The notes below the pieces were generated by a model. It worked only from the letters and a program-made list of their open reading frames with translations, did no database searches and was not told the origin of the DNA. Shown one piece after another: positions 18,839 to 28,443 of a stretch of 64,000 nucleotides of DNA. The stretch spans positions 90,283-154,282 of the forward strand of contig CALQEU020000003.1 in the NCBI GenBank assembly GCA_943329665.2, given 5' to 3'. This DNA comes from Bifidobacterium breve. GTDB lineage: Bacteria; Bacteroidota; Bacteroidia; AKYH767-A; OLB10. Made by a program: the position numbers and the translations under genes. Each line of letters opens with the position of its first letter. Within the stretch, counting starts at the first letter, position 1.

Positions 18839-20080
18839 CTACTCCATCAACACCTTCAAATAAAATCGAGGGTCTTTCAATCTTCCTCTTAAATCAATAT
18901 CTTCAAACATACAAGAGATGGTTTCTCGTAATGTTTTACTGCGCACTGCTTTATTCACTACCAAATTAAAGAGCCATGGATATTTTACTAATTCCTGCAT
19001 CTTTTTACTGAGGCTTAATTCGGGCCAAAGGCGTTTATACACTGAATCATCATACATTTTCAAAGCAGCAGCAGTATAATTCCCATTCAATGCTTCAATC
19101 GTCTCAGCAGCTTTTAATCCACTGATCATCGCATTGCCTATTCCTTCTCCTGTGAAAGGATCAATCAACGAACCCGCATCACCTAACAAAATAAATCCAT
19201 CTCCAGAAAGTGGACGTTTCTTGGAACCTAACGGCAACCCATAACCGCGAATGGGACCTTCTAGCTCAGCGCCTTCAAAACGTTTTCGAATAGGTTCATA
19301 TTCGCGAATCAATTTGAGCATATCTTCCTTCAAATTTACTTTCTTCTTACTCACCATATCACTGCGCATCCCAACTCCCACATTCGCATATCCATTGGGC
19401 AGAGGGAAAATCCAGAAATAGCCAGGAAGAAAATCTTTTACAAAATGCAATTCAATATATCCATTCGGATCTAAGTCTTTTACTCCTTTATAATAGGCAC
19501 GTAATCCGGCACAATAATGTTCATCTTCCATTTGAATTCCACCCACCTCTTTTGCAAAACGAGAATGAGCTCCATCGGCAGCAATCAACAAAGAAGTTCT
19601 ATAAACATGCTTCTCTTCTTTATCGCTGATAATCCAATCTTTTCCTTCTTTTCTAAATTTTTCAATTCGAACGTTCAGTTTCGTTTGAACACCGTTTGCT
19701 TTTTTCGCTTCATTAAAAAGCCAATTATCGAAATCATAACGTCGAGAAATATACCCTGGAGGTTTTTCCTTATTGTCTTCCCTTCGAAAAGGAACCTTCA
19801 ATACTTTGCCGTTTGGTGCTACAAAAGTAACGCCGTGGGAGTCGAGCGTCTGTTCCTGCGCCGCCAGTCCATCTACCAAAGAAGGGTCAATTCGCTTCAA
19901 AGTAAGCAAGACTTTACCGCTTAAAGCATCCCCGCATACCTTATCACGAGGGAATTCGGACTGATCTAAAAGCAAGCAAGACTTGCCCTTCTTAGCTAAG
20001 GCTAAGGCAGTTGTGCTTCCCGCAGGACCTGCACCAATGATAATAATAGGATGAAATTCCACTTCCGAAAAATACAACAT
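18839..20080 (-). CDS. Geranylgeranyl reductase family FAD-dependent oxidoreductase
   Basis: GAGPAG, FPRDKVCGD, GYFWIFP and GDAGSLIDPFTGEGI. Confidence 0.9.
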   Translation of the reverse strand: MLYFSEVEFHPIIIIGAGPAGSTTALALAKKGKSCLLLDQSEFPRDKVCGDALSGKVLLTLKRIDPSLVDGLAAQEQTLDSHGVTFVAPNGKVLKVPFRREDNKEKPPGYISRRYDFDNWLFNEAKKANGVQTKLNVRIEKFRKEGKDWIISDKEEKHVYRTSLLIAADGAHSRFAKEVGGIQMEDEHYCAGLRAYYKGVKDLDPNGYIELHFVKDFLPGYFWIFPLPNGYANVGVGMRSDMVSKKKVNLKEDMLKLIREYEPIRKRFEGAELEGPIRGYGLPLGSKKRPLSGDGFILLGDAGSLIDPFTGEGIGNAMISGLKAAETIEALNGNYTAAALKMYDDSVYKRLWPELSLSKKMQELVKYPWLFNLVVNKAVRSKTLRETISCMFEDIDLRGRLKDPRFYLKVLME

Positions 20081-20197
20081 CTAAGCGCTTCCTCCTCGTC
20101 GAATAAGCCAATTATTTAAGGTCATAGTACATTAAATTATGGACTTAATTCTTTGAAAATTCTGAATGAATCAGTTACTTTTATGCACCTATTCCCT

Positions 20198-20233
20198 TTT
20201 ACACCACACAACAACTTTACACCACACAACAAC
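20198..20233 (+). repeat. Perfect 18-bp tandem duplication TTTACACCACACAACAAC x2 in a 5' leader
   Basis: Read directly, 24 bp upstream of the ATG at 20258. Confidence 0.8.
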
Positions 20234-20257
20234 ACCTAAACACACAAGACCCATTTC

Positions 20258-23200
20258 ATGAAAAACGCAATCCGTTATGCCCAGCGCATGGCACTATTAT
20301 TAGTCGCTTTATTTGTGACTTCCCATGCAAGTGCTTCCCACTTAATGGGAGGAAATTTAACTTATGAATATTTAGGTATCAATGGGGCCAGCGGGCTTTA
20401 TGAATATCGAGTTACCCTTTATGTTTATCGCCTTTGTGATCCAGGAAGTTCTGCACTACCAAACACAATGAACTTTGGTGCTTACCAAGACAACCCAGGA
20501 AATCCAAGTGGTTCAAAACAATTGTTGAGTAGTATTTCTCTTCCTTTGCTGAGCCAACAATTTATTCAACCACCGAATGCGAATGACTCTTGTACTTTTT
20601 TACCAAGTGTTTGTGTAGAAGAAGGTATTTATCAAAATGTGGTTTCACTTCCATCAAATACTACAGGTTTTTATTTTATAGCAGATCGTTGTTGTCGTAA
20701 TAATAACATTGCTAATTTGGATAATCCGGGTGGAACTGGCCAAGCTTATTATGCACAAGTTCCACCACCCAATATCGTAAACAGTGCCCCTACATTTGCA
20801 GTAGCACCTGTTCCATTTATCTGTGCAGGAGATACGATAAGTGTATTAAATCAAGCTTTTGATGCTGACGGAGATTTACTTGTTTATCATTTTGCAACAC
20901 CCTATGCTGGTATTTCAAATGCAGGACAACCTAATCCGAATCCTCCTGCGAATTATGCGTGGCCGATACAAAATATTACTTATGCAGCAGGGTACAGTGT
21001 AACGAGTCCATTTGGATTAGGAGATTATATTAACATCGATACTGCTACAGGGCTTGCATCATACGTAGCACAAAATACAGGATTTTATGTAGTAGCTGTT
21101 GAAATTGAAGAATGGCGAAATGGTGTTATGATTGGAGTAACGCGCAGAGACATTCAGTTAATTGTTATTACTTGCCCTGTAAATCCACCTCCGGTAATTG
21201 CGGCTGGAAGCGCATTAACGTATACCATTCAAGAGGGACAAACATTATGTTTTAATGTTGCGTTCACCGATCCCAATAATGATAGTTTATTTATGGTGAG
21301 GAACGGAGATATTTTTAATTCGGTATTAACCAATCCTCCTGCTACTCTAAATAATGTAAGTGGATTAGGAAGTATAAGCAGTCAATTTTGTTGGACCACT
21401 TCGTGTGCTCAAGGAAGAATAACACCTTATCAATTTAGCACTGTTGTTGATGACAATGGTTGTCCAGCGAAGACAACAAATACGGTTTATACCATTAATG
21501 TTACTCCTGCAGTGAAACCCACTATCATTAATGGACCCGATACCATTTGCGCTAACTTAGCCAATGGAATTCCATACAATGTAACGACTACAAGTGGCTA
21601 TACTTACTCATGGTTTGTTACGAATGGAAATCAAGCTTCGGGCGGAACCACCGGTGCTATTGGCGTAAATTTTACAGGAAGTGGAAATTCAACAATAAGT
21701 GTGGTCGCCGTGAATCCATTTGGATGTACGGCCGACACCTTAACAAAACCCGTATTTATTCGTGCATTACCTGCAGCAGTTGCTGGAGCTGATATCAATT
21801 TCTGCTCTGGTGCGTCTGCTGTTATTGGCGGACCTAACACCGCTGGAATTACGTATTCTTGGAGTCCAGCCACTGGATTAAGCAGTAGTGCTGTTTCCAA
21901 TCCTACAGTTACATTAACTAACGGTACTGGATTGCCGCAATCTACTACTTACATCTTAACAACTACTTTAAACGGTTGTTCTAATAAAGATACAATCGTA
22001 ATAACTACCAATCCATTTCCAGTAGCCAACGCAGGAAGTAATGTTTCTATTTGTTCGGGAACGAGTGCTCCTTTGGGTAGCTTACCAACAACTGGATACA
22101 CGTACACATGGATTCCTGCAACAGGATTAAATAATGGGAGCATTTCAAATCCCGTTATCTCAATTACCAATGGAAATTCTTTGCCTGATACTTTACAATA
22201 TGTGGTCGTATTATCAAACACTTTTGGGTGTGGCGACAGTGATACCGTACAAGTTATTGTTCGACCTGTCCCAACGGCAAATGCTGGAAACGACATTACT
22301 TTTTGCTCGGGTGGATCAGGAACTATTGGTGCTGGATCGATTACTAATTATGGATATTCTTGGAGTCCAACAGGTGGATTGGGCGGTGCTACTGTAAGTT
22401 CTACTTCAGTAACATTAACTACTTCATTAACAGTAAATGATACTGTTCCATTTATTGTTACTACCTCTTTATTTGGATGTTTGGATAGAGACACAGTAAA
22501 CGTAATAGTTAGACCTATTCCATTATCCAATGCTGGAGCGAATCAATTATTATGTTCGGGCAATTCGATTAATCTTGGTACATCTAACACCAGCGGCTAT
22601 ACGTACAACTGGACGCCAAGTACAGGATTGAGTAGTGGTACTGTTTCTAATCCTACTTTAAACTTAGTTATTTCAGGCGGCGCTATTGATCCTGATACTT
22701 TATTTTATGTTGTCGTTTCTACATTGAACGGTTGTACTTCTACCGATACGATTCAAGTAATATTGAGTCCAGTTCCAACGGCTGCTGCAGGAAATGATGT
22801 CACGTTCTGTTCAGGACAAACTGTTCCGGTTGGAACTCCATTAGTATCTGGTTATGGATATACATGGTCGCCAGCTACAGGGCTTAGCAGCTCAACGATT
22901 GCGCAACCAAATTTAACGTTGACAAATAGCGGAGTAACTAATGTAGTGAATAGCTATGTCATGACTGTAAATTGGTTTGGATGTATTGCACGTGATACGA
23001 TACTTGCCACTGTAAAACCTCTACCTGTTTCTGAAGCGGGAACTTCCGCTTCGTTATGTAACGGAGATACGTTACTGTTAGGTGCTCCATTAACTTCAGG
23101 GTATACTTACTCATGGTCACCTGGAACAGGATTAAATAGCACTACGATTTCAAGTCCAACTTTGATTGTAAGCAATGCAGGTCCTGGTGTCATCACACAA

Positions 23201-25729
23201 ACTTATATTGTAAACACATTGTGGAATGGATGCAATTCATCGGATAGTGTTACCATCACCATAAACCCATTACCTATTGTTGCAGCTACTGCAACTATCA
23301 ACCCCATTTGTGCAGGAGCAAGTACCACTTTACAAGGAAGTGGAGCGAATACCTATAATTGGGCATTGTTAACTAATCCAGGTACGAGCATTGGTACGGG
23401 TGCTAATTTAACGGTGAATCCATCTACTACAACTTTCTATATTATTACTGGAACCAGTTCTACATCTTGTATAAATAAAGACACTATTTCAGTTACCGTA
23501 AATCAATTACCATTAGTAGTAATTACTTCAACTAATGATACCATTTGTGCAGGTGATTCTATTCAATTGAATGCATCAGGTGCTTCCGCTTATACATGGA
23601 CTGTACTTGGTGGCGGTGCTGCAGGAAGTGGTACACCCATCTATGTTTCTCCAGCAACAAACACTAGTTATACACTAAATGGTACAGATGCTAATAATTG
23701 TAGTAATGCAGATACCATCAGTCTAACTGTAAATCCGGCAGCAACTTTAAGTAGTATAAGTGGAGTAATCTCTATTTGTCCGGGTGTTACCAACGTTCCT
23801 TATTCTGTAGACAATCCAAATCCAAATAGCAGTTACAACTGGGTCGTTACGAATGGAACTTTATTATCTGGTCAAGGTACAGGGAATGTAACGATCAATT
23901 GGGATTCTGCAGGGACAGGGACTATAACGGTTACAGAAATAACAGATCTAGGATGTGAGTCAGCTCCAGTAGTGTTGACTGTTACCATCAATATTATTTT
24001 AACACCTGTTGCACCGACAGGTCCAACATTACTTTGTGCGAATGTAGCTCAAGGACAAATTTATTCTAACTTAAACACTCCTAGTTCTACGTACAATTGG
24101 TTTGCGCAAGGTGGAACCGTAGTAAGTGGAAATGGAACTGGGACGGTGACGGTAGATTGGAATACTGCAGGCCCCGCTATTGTTGCATTATGGTATGAAG
24201 AAACAAGTTTAACCGTAGATACCGTTTGCTTTGGTGTATCGGATACAATTTTTGTGAGCATAAGTCCAGTACCTCAAACCAGTGCGATTATAGGAAATAA
24301 TAGTATTTGTGTGAGTGATACGGGCTCCTTTAGCGTAACCTCAACTAGTGGCTCTACCTATCAATGGAGTATTGCAGGAGGAAACATTCTTAGTGGAAAT
24401 GGGACCTCATCCACCACAGGAAACTGGAGTGGAACAGGAACGGCTACAGTGACGGTTACAGAAACAAATAGTTTTGGATGTATTGGAAATCCAGTAAATC
24501 TTTCGGTGACTGTAAATGCATTACCCCAAGCTAATGCTGGACTTGATGATGACATTTGCATTGGAAGTTCTGCGAATTTATCAGCAAGCGGCGGTATTAA
24601 TTATTCTTGGACGCCTACATCTACTTTAGACAACTCAACGATAGCTAATCCAGTTGCTACTCCAACCACGGCCACCACTTACACGGTTTTAGTGACCGAT
24701 GCAAATGGATGTAAAAACACCGATGCCGTTCTCATTAACGTTAATCCATTACCGTTAGCGAATGCTGGATTTGATGTAGCCATTTGCATAGGAAGTACAA
24801 CTACATTAAGTGCGAGTGGGGGAACGATTTATAGCTGGAGTCCTGGAACAAATTTGAGCAACACCAACACTTCGAACCCAACAGCAGACCCACAAGCTAC
24901 ACTTACTTACTCGGTAATTGTTACCGATGCGAATGGTTGTAGTGCTTTGGATGATGTTACTGTTATTGTAAATTCATTGCCTACTGCCGATGCGGGTATT
25001 GATACATTATTGTGTAATGGAAGTAGTGTTTCCTTACAAGCTACAGGAGGATTGAATTACCAATGGTCTCCAACTACGGGTTTGAATAATTCAACCATTG
25101 CCAATCCAGTGGCAAGTCCGTCCAATTTAACCACCTATATTGTAGTTGTAACTGATGTAAATGGATGTACAGATGACGATCAAGTAACCATCGATATCAA
25201 TGCACAACCCAAATCGATATTTGAGTTAGACTCTACACAAAACAAAGTGGATTGTGATGGTGTCAACATTCAAGCCATCAATCTTAGTACCGATGCATTA
25301 AATTACAATTGGAACTTAGGAGACGGGACAACGACTACGATTGATAATCCTTCACATCAATATCCATTTGGATCCAATGCAACCATTACATTAGTGGCCA
25401 TCAACAACGGATGTTCCGATACTAGTTCGCTTGTATTAAACTTAGGTGATTTGTCAGATTATCTAAAAGGAATACCTAACACCTTTACACCAAATGGTGA
25501 CGAGATAAATGATTGTTTTGACTTAAGAAAGAAAACTGATTTTGCTGACTGCAGTACCTGGACGGTTTACAATCGCTGGGGGGAGAAAGTTTTCCAAAGC
25601 GATAATGAAAACAAATGTTGGAATGGCAAGAAAAACTCAGACGGTGAACCTTGTCCAATGGGGACCTATTTCTATGTTTTAAAAGTAAATAGTGCTTCCT
25701 TTAAAGGTTATCTAATGTTAATTAGATAA
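20258..25729 (+). CDS. Large secreted repeat protein with PKD/Ig-like domains and T9SS type B (gliding motility-associated) CTD
   Basis: Signal peptide, SHLMGGNLTY N-terminal domain, many YxWSPxTGL..NP repeats, and C-terminal PNTFTPNGDEIND..YNRWG..W.G..GTYFY. Confidence 0.9.
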   Translation: MKNAIRYAQRMALLLVALFVTSHASASHLMGGNLTYEYLGINGASGLYEYRVTLYVYRLCDPGSSALPNTMNFGAYQDNPGNPSGSKQLLSSISLPLLSQQFIQPPNANDSCTFLPSVCVEEGIYQNVVSLPSNTTGFYFIADRCCRNNNIANLDNPGGTGQAYYAQVPPPNIVNSAPTFAVAPVPFICAGDTISVLNQAFDADGDLLVYHFATPYAGISNAGQPNPNPPANYAWPIQNITYAAGYSVTSPFGLGDYINIDTATGLASYVAQNTGFYVVAVEIEEWRNGVMIGVTRRDIQLIVITCPVNPPPVIAAGSALTYTIQEGQTLCFNVAFTDPNNDSLFMVRNGDIFNSVLTNPPATLNNVSGLGSISSQFCWTTSCAQGRITPYQFSTVVDDNGCPAKTTNTVYTINVTPAVKPTIINGPDTICANLANGIPYNVTTTSGYTYSWFVTNGNQASGGTTGAIGVNFTGSGNSTISVVAVNPFGCTADTLTKPVFIRALPAAVAGADINFCSGASAVIGGPNTAGITYSWSPATGLSSSAVSNPTVTLTNGTGLPQSTTYILTTTLNGCSNKDTIVITTNPFPVANAGSNVSICSGTSAPLGSLPTTGYTYTWIPATGLNNGSISNPVISITNGNSLPDTLQYVVVLSNTFGCGDSDTVQVIVRPVPTANAGNDITFCSGGSGTIGAGSITNYGYSWSPTGGLGGATVSSTSVTLTTSLTVNDTVPFIVTTSLFGCLDRDTVNVIVRPIPLSNAGANQLLCSGNSINLGTSNTSGYTYNWTPSTGLSSGTVSNPTLNLVISGGAIDPDTLFYVVVSTLNGCTSTDTIQVILSPVPTAAAGNDVTFCSGQTVPVGTPLVSGYGYTWSPATGLSSSTIAQPNLTLTNSGVTNVVNSYVMTVNWFGCIARDTILATVKPLPVSEAGTSASLCNGDTLLLGAPLTSGYTYSWSPGTGLNSTTISSPTLIVSNAGPGVITQTYIVNTLWNGCNSSDSVTITINPLPIVAATATINPICAGASTTLQGSGANTYNWALLTNPGTSIGTGANLTVNPSTTTFYIITGTSSTSCINKDTISVTVNQLPLVVITSTNDTICAGDSIQLNASGASAYTWTVLGGGAAGSGTPIYVSPATNTSYTLNGTDANNCSNADTISLTVNPAATLSSISGVISICPGVTNVPYSVDNPNPNSSYNWVVTNGTLLSGQGTGNVTINWDSAGTGTITVTEITDLGCESAPVVLTVTINIILTPVAPTGPTLLCANVAQGQIYSNLNTPSSTYNWFAQGGTVVSGNGTGTVTVDWNTAGPAIVALWYEETSLTVDTVCFGVSDTIFVSISPVPQTSAIIGNNSICVSDTGSFSVTSTSGSTYQWSIAGGNILSGNGTSSTTGNWSGTGTATVTVTETNSFGCIGNPVNLSVTVNALPQANAGLDDDICIGSSANLSASGGINYSWTPTSTLDNSTIANPVATPTTATTYTVLVTDANGCKNTDAVLINVNPLPLANAGFDVAICIGSTTTLSASGGTIYSWSPGTNLSNTNTSNPTADPQATLTYSVIVTDANGCSALDDVTVIVNSLPTADAGIDTLLCNGSSVSLQATGGLNYQWSPTTGLNNSTIANPVASPSNLTTYIVVVTDVNGCTDDDQVTIDINAQPKSIFELDSTQNKVDCDGVNIQAINLSTDALNYNWNLGDGTTTTIDNPSHQYPFGSNATITLVAINNGCSDTSSLVLNLGDLSDYLKGIPNTFTPNGDEINDCFDLRKKTDFADCSTWTVYNRWGEKVFQSDNENKCWNGKKNSDGEPCPMGTYFYVLKVNSASFKGYLMLIR

Positions 25730-25755
25730 TAAACCAATTATCTTAAAGCTATTGC

Positions 25756-25779
25756 AAGGCTCCTTCGGGAGCCTTTTTT
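25756..25779 (+). terminator. Rho-independent terminator
   Basis: AAGGCTCC-TTCG-GGAGCCTT stem with UUCG loop and a T-tract. Confidence 0.88.
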
Positions 25780-25829
25780 AATTACTATTTATAAGAATTT
25801 ACGTGGAAAGTTGCCTATAATTAATCGTC

Positions 25830-26246
25830 ATGCAACACTTAAAAGGAATTATCGCCTTGATTTTTTTACTGCTCCAGACTACGGTCATGAGAAGTCAATC
25901 AACGGAAAACAATCCCACGAATTACGATAACATGAGTTTGGAAGAACTCATGAACGTAAAATTTACAGTCGCATCCATCAAAGAATTAATACCAACACCT
26001 AATATGTTTTAGTCCCTTCTGCTAGTCCTTTTTCACCAATACTTCTTAAAAAAATAGTTCCGTAGGCTAAGGCTATGCAACAATTTTTTTAACTCGTCTT
26101 GGCAAAAAAATACGTCGCAGCTTTGAACTAAAACATATTAGGAATTGGTATAACACCACGTCAATCACCAGGAATTATCACTTATATAACGGCTGAGGAG
26201 ATCCGAAATTTAGGAGCTCGTAATTTAATGGAAGTTCTTCGACAGA
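25830..26246 (+). pseudogene. TonB-dependent receptor 5' remnant (signal peptide plus start of plug domain) interrupted by a MITE
   Basis: YDNMSLEELMNVKFTVASIKEL continues as TPRQSPGIITYITAEEIRNLGARNLMEVLRQ once 25990-26153 is removed. Confidence 0.8.
25990..26150. mobile_element. 161-bp MITE-like element, copy 1
   Basis: TACCAA...TTGGTA ends, about 24-bp terminal inverted repeats, TAA duplication on both sides (25987-25989 and 26151-26153); interrupts a reading frame; second copy at 43874. Confidence 0.88.
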
Positions 26247-26411
26247 TGCATCATTATTATTCCACTCATTACAAATGGAAAAGTGGCGGGAGCGATTGCA
26301 GTGACATCGGTTAAACCTTTTGATTCTGCTAAAAGAGAAATGCTTGAAAAAATGGGTGTACGCATAGCAGCAAGTCTGTTTAGCATACGTGCTCATTTAA
26401 TTACAGTGTGA
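26247..26411 (+). pseudogene. GAF-domain C-terminal fragment
   Basis: Manual translation CIIIIPLITNGKVAGAIAVTSVKPFDSAKREMLEKMGVRIAASL resembles the end of a GAF domain; no start codon. Confidence 0.55.
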
Positions 26412-26574
26412 AACATTATCATTGAATGAATTTAAAGCTGGAACCATTGATATACTAAACAAACTACTTGATTTTGCAGAAACCAGCGTAAAAGCAAGTC
26501 TATATGAAGAGATATCCTTATTAAGAAAGCAATGCTTAAACCGGAAAAATCACTAGTTTAAGCCCATCAATATT

Positions 26575-26606
26575 AAAATCCTGTCATTGCAAATGGCAGG
26601 ATTTTT
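26575..26606. terminator. Terminator-like hairpin
   Basis: AAAATCCTGTCATT..AATGGCAGGATTTT. Confidence 0.65.
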
Positions 26607-26637
26607 TATTTTATCTTTAGCTGATCAATTTCAATCT

Positions 26638-28392
26638 ATGAAAAACGCTACGCGCCTCGCAATTTTATTATTATTTTATTCCATTCAAGCTTCATCACAA
26701 GAAGGTCATCGAATGTCATCATTCGAGAAAACACTTATTCCGTCCTACATGAGCAGTCGTGGAATCGTAGTATCTCCTGCGGCAGTAGTTCCTCCTACTA
26801 GTCCGGTGCGAACGATTGCTGAATGGGAAGAACTTCAAGCATTAGTAGTTGGATGGAAATCTTATCCCACTATTCTTCGACAAATTGTAGGTGCAGCCAA
26901 ACAAGAAACGAGAGTTATTGTAGTGTATACTACTCCAGATAATCCAACGAGCTTAACGAGTTATTTAGCAGCGGGCGGAGTGGATACGGTGAATGTAACT
27001 TTCCTTGCTGCGCCTGTGAATTCTGTTTGGTCACGCGATTATGGTCATTGGAGTGCATACACAAACGATGTTGATTCATTAATAACTATTGATTGGATTT
27101 ACAACCGCCCACGTCCAAGTGACGATGCGGTACCTGTTGTCATTTCCAATTATTTAGGCACCCCACTCTATCAAACAACGACAGCCCCTTGGGATTTAGT
27201 CCATACGGGTGGAAACTTCATGACAGATGGTTTTGGAACTGGGTTTTCATCTGAATTAGTACTTGAAGAAAATTCCTCTTTGGGTGGATTTGGCGTTAAT
27301 CATACAGCAGCAGAAGTAGATTCTATCATGTATCATTTCATGGGCATCAACCGATACATCATCATGAACAAACTTCCTTATGATGTGATTCATCATATTG
27401 ATATGCATATGAAATTACTAGATGAACAAACTTTGATAGTAGGACAATATCCAACTGGTATTGCTGATGGTCCACAGATTGAAGCTAACTTGCAATTTAT
27501 ACTTGCCAATTATAATTCAGTGTATGGAACACCGTATAAAGTAGTACGTGTAGTGATGCCCGATGATAATAATCTTTATCCAAATAATGGCGGAGATTAT
27601 TTTACCTACACGAACAGTTCCTTCATTAATAAGACCATCATTTTACCAATCTATGGTATTCCTGAAGACTCTACGGCTATCCGTATTTACCAAGAGAGTT
27701 TGCCAGGATACAAAGTTGTTCCCATCAATTGTGCATCCATGATTGGCGCTTTGGGTGCATTGCATTGCATTACTAAAGAAGTTGGCACCAGCGACCCCTT
27801 GCTCATCAGCCATCAACCCTTAGAAAACACAACAGACACAGTAAATAGTTATGTAGTGAATGCACTTGTTCAACATAGAAGTGGAATTAATGACGCCACT
27901 TTATTTTGGAGAACAGACACCTTGATGGGATGGAATACAAGCAATATGAGTTTTACCGGCATTGGAAATAATTGGTCGGGATTCATTCCTGCACAATTGG
28001 TAGGAAATACTGTTTATTATTATATCGCCGCAAATTCTGTAAGTGGAAAATCGCAAGTTCGCCCTATGCCTGCACCTGCAGGATATTGGAAATTTGAAGT
28101 TACGGGAACGACAGGATTTGCAGAATCGTTTACCAATGAAATACAATCTATATTCCCTAATCCTTGTAATTCCATAACTTGCATTCCTGTGCAATTAGAA
28201 AAAAGCGGAACCATTCAAGTTCGATTATTGGATGCCAGTGGTAGAATGGTTCAATCTATCTTTCAAGGAAACAAGAATTCGGGCGAAAACAAATTCTTCT
28301 TTGATGCAAAGAGTTTAGACGAAGGAATGTATTTCATCGAAATGAAAACATCGCAAGGTATATCTACTGCGAAAGTAGCGGTACGACATTAA
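26638..28392 (+). CDS. Secreted agmatine/peptidylarginine deiminase family protein with T9SS type A CTD
   Basis: AEWE, WSRDYG, GGNFMTDG, HIDM and GALHCIT (catalytic Cys); signal peptide from ATG 26638; CTD IFPNP...GMYFIEM...KVAV. Confidence 0.9.
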   Translation: MKNATRLAILLLFYSIQASSQEGHRMSSFEKTLIPSYMSSRGIVVSPAAVVPPTSPVRTIAEWEELQALVVGWKSYPTILRQIVGAAKQETRVIVVYTTPDNPTSLTSYLAAGGVDTVNVTFLAAPVNSVWSRDYGHWSAYTNDVDSLITIDWIYNRPRPSDDAVPVVISNYLGTPLYQTTTAPWDLVHTGGNFMTDGFGTGFSSELVLEENSSLGGFGVNHTAAEVDSIMYHFMGINRYIIMNKLPYDVIHHIDMHMKLLDEQTLIVGQYPTGIADGPQIEANLQFILANYNSVYGTPYKVVRVVMPDDNNLYPNNGGDYFTYTNSSFINKTIILPIYGIPEDSTAIRIYQESLPGYKVVPINCASMIGALGALHCITKEVGTSDPLLISHQPLENTTDTVNSYVVNALVQHRSGINDATLFWRTDTLMGWNTSNMSFTGIGNNWSGFIPAQLVGNTVYYYIAANSVSGKSQVRPMPAPAGYWKFEVTGTTGFAESFTNEIQSIFPNPCNSITCIPVQLEKSGTIQVRLLDASGRMVQSIFQGNKNSGENKFFFDAKSLDEGMYFIEMKTSQGISTAKVAVRH

Positions 28393-28443
28393 TCCAACAT
28401 TCTTATAGTCAAATCAAAATTTCGATTTGTTTTTCGAGTGTTC

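Noticed and set aside
25990-26150. Integron attC site
   Set aside because: No RYYYAAC/GTTRRRY ends and no integrase; the TAA duplication and intragenic insertion fit a MITE better
26178-26396. 72-aa minus-strand ORF
   Set aside because: It is antisense to recognisable TBDR and GAF fragments on the plus strand
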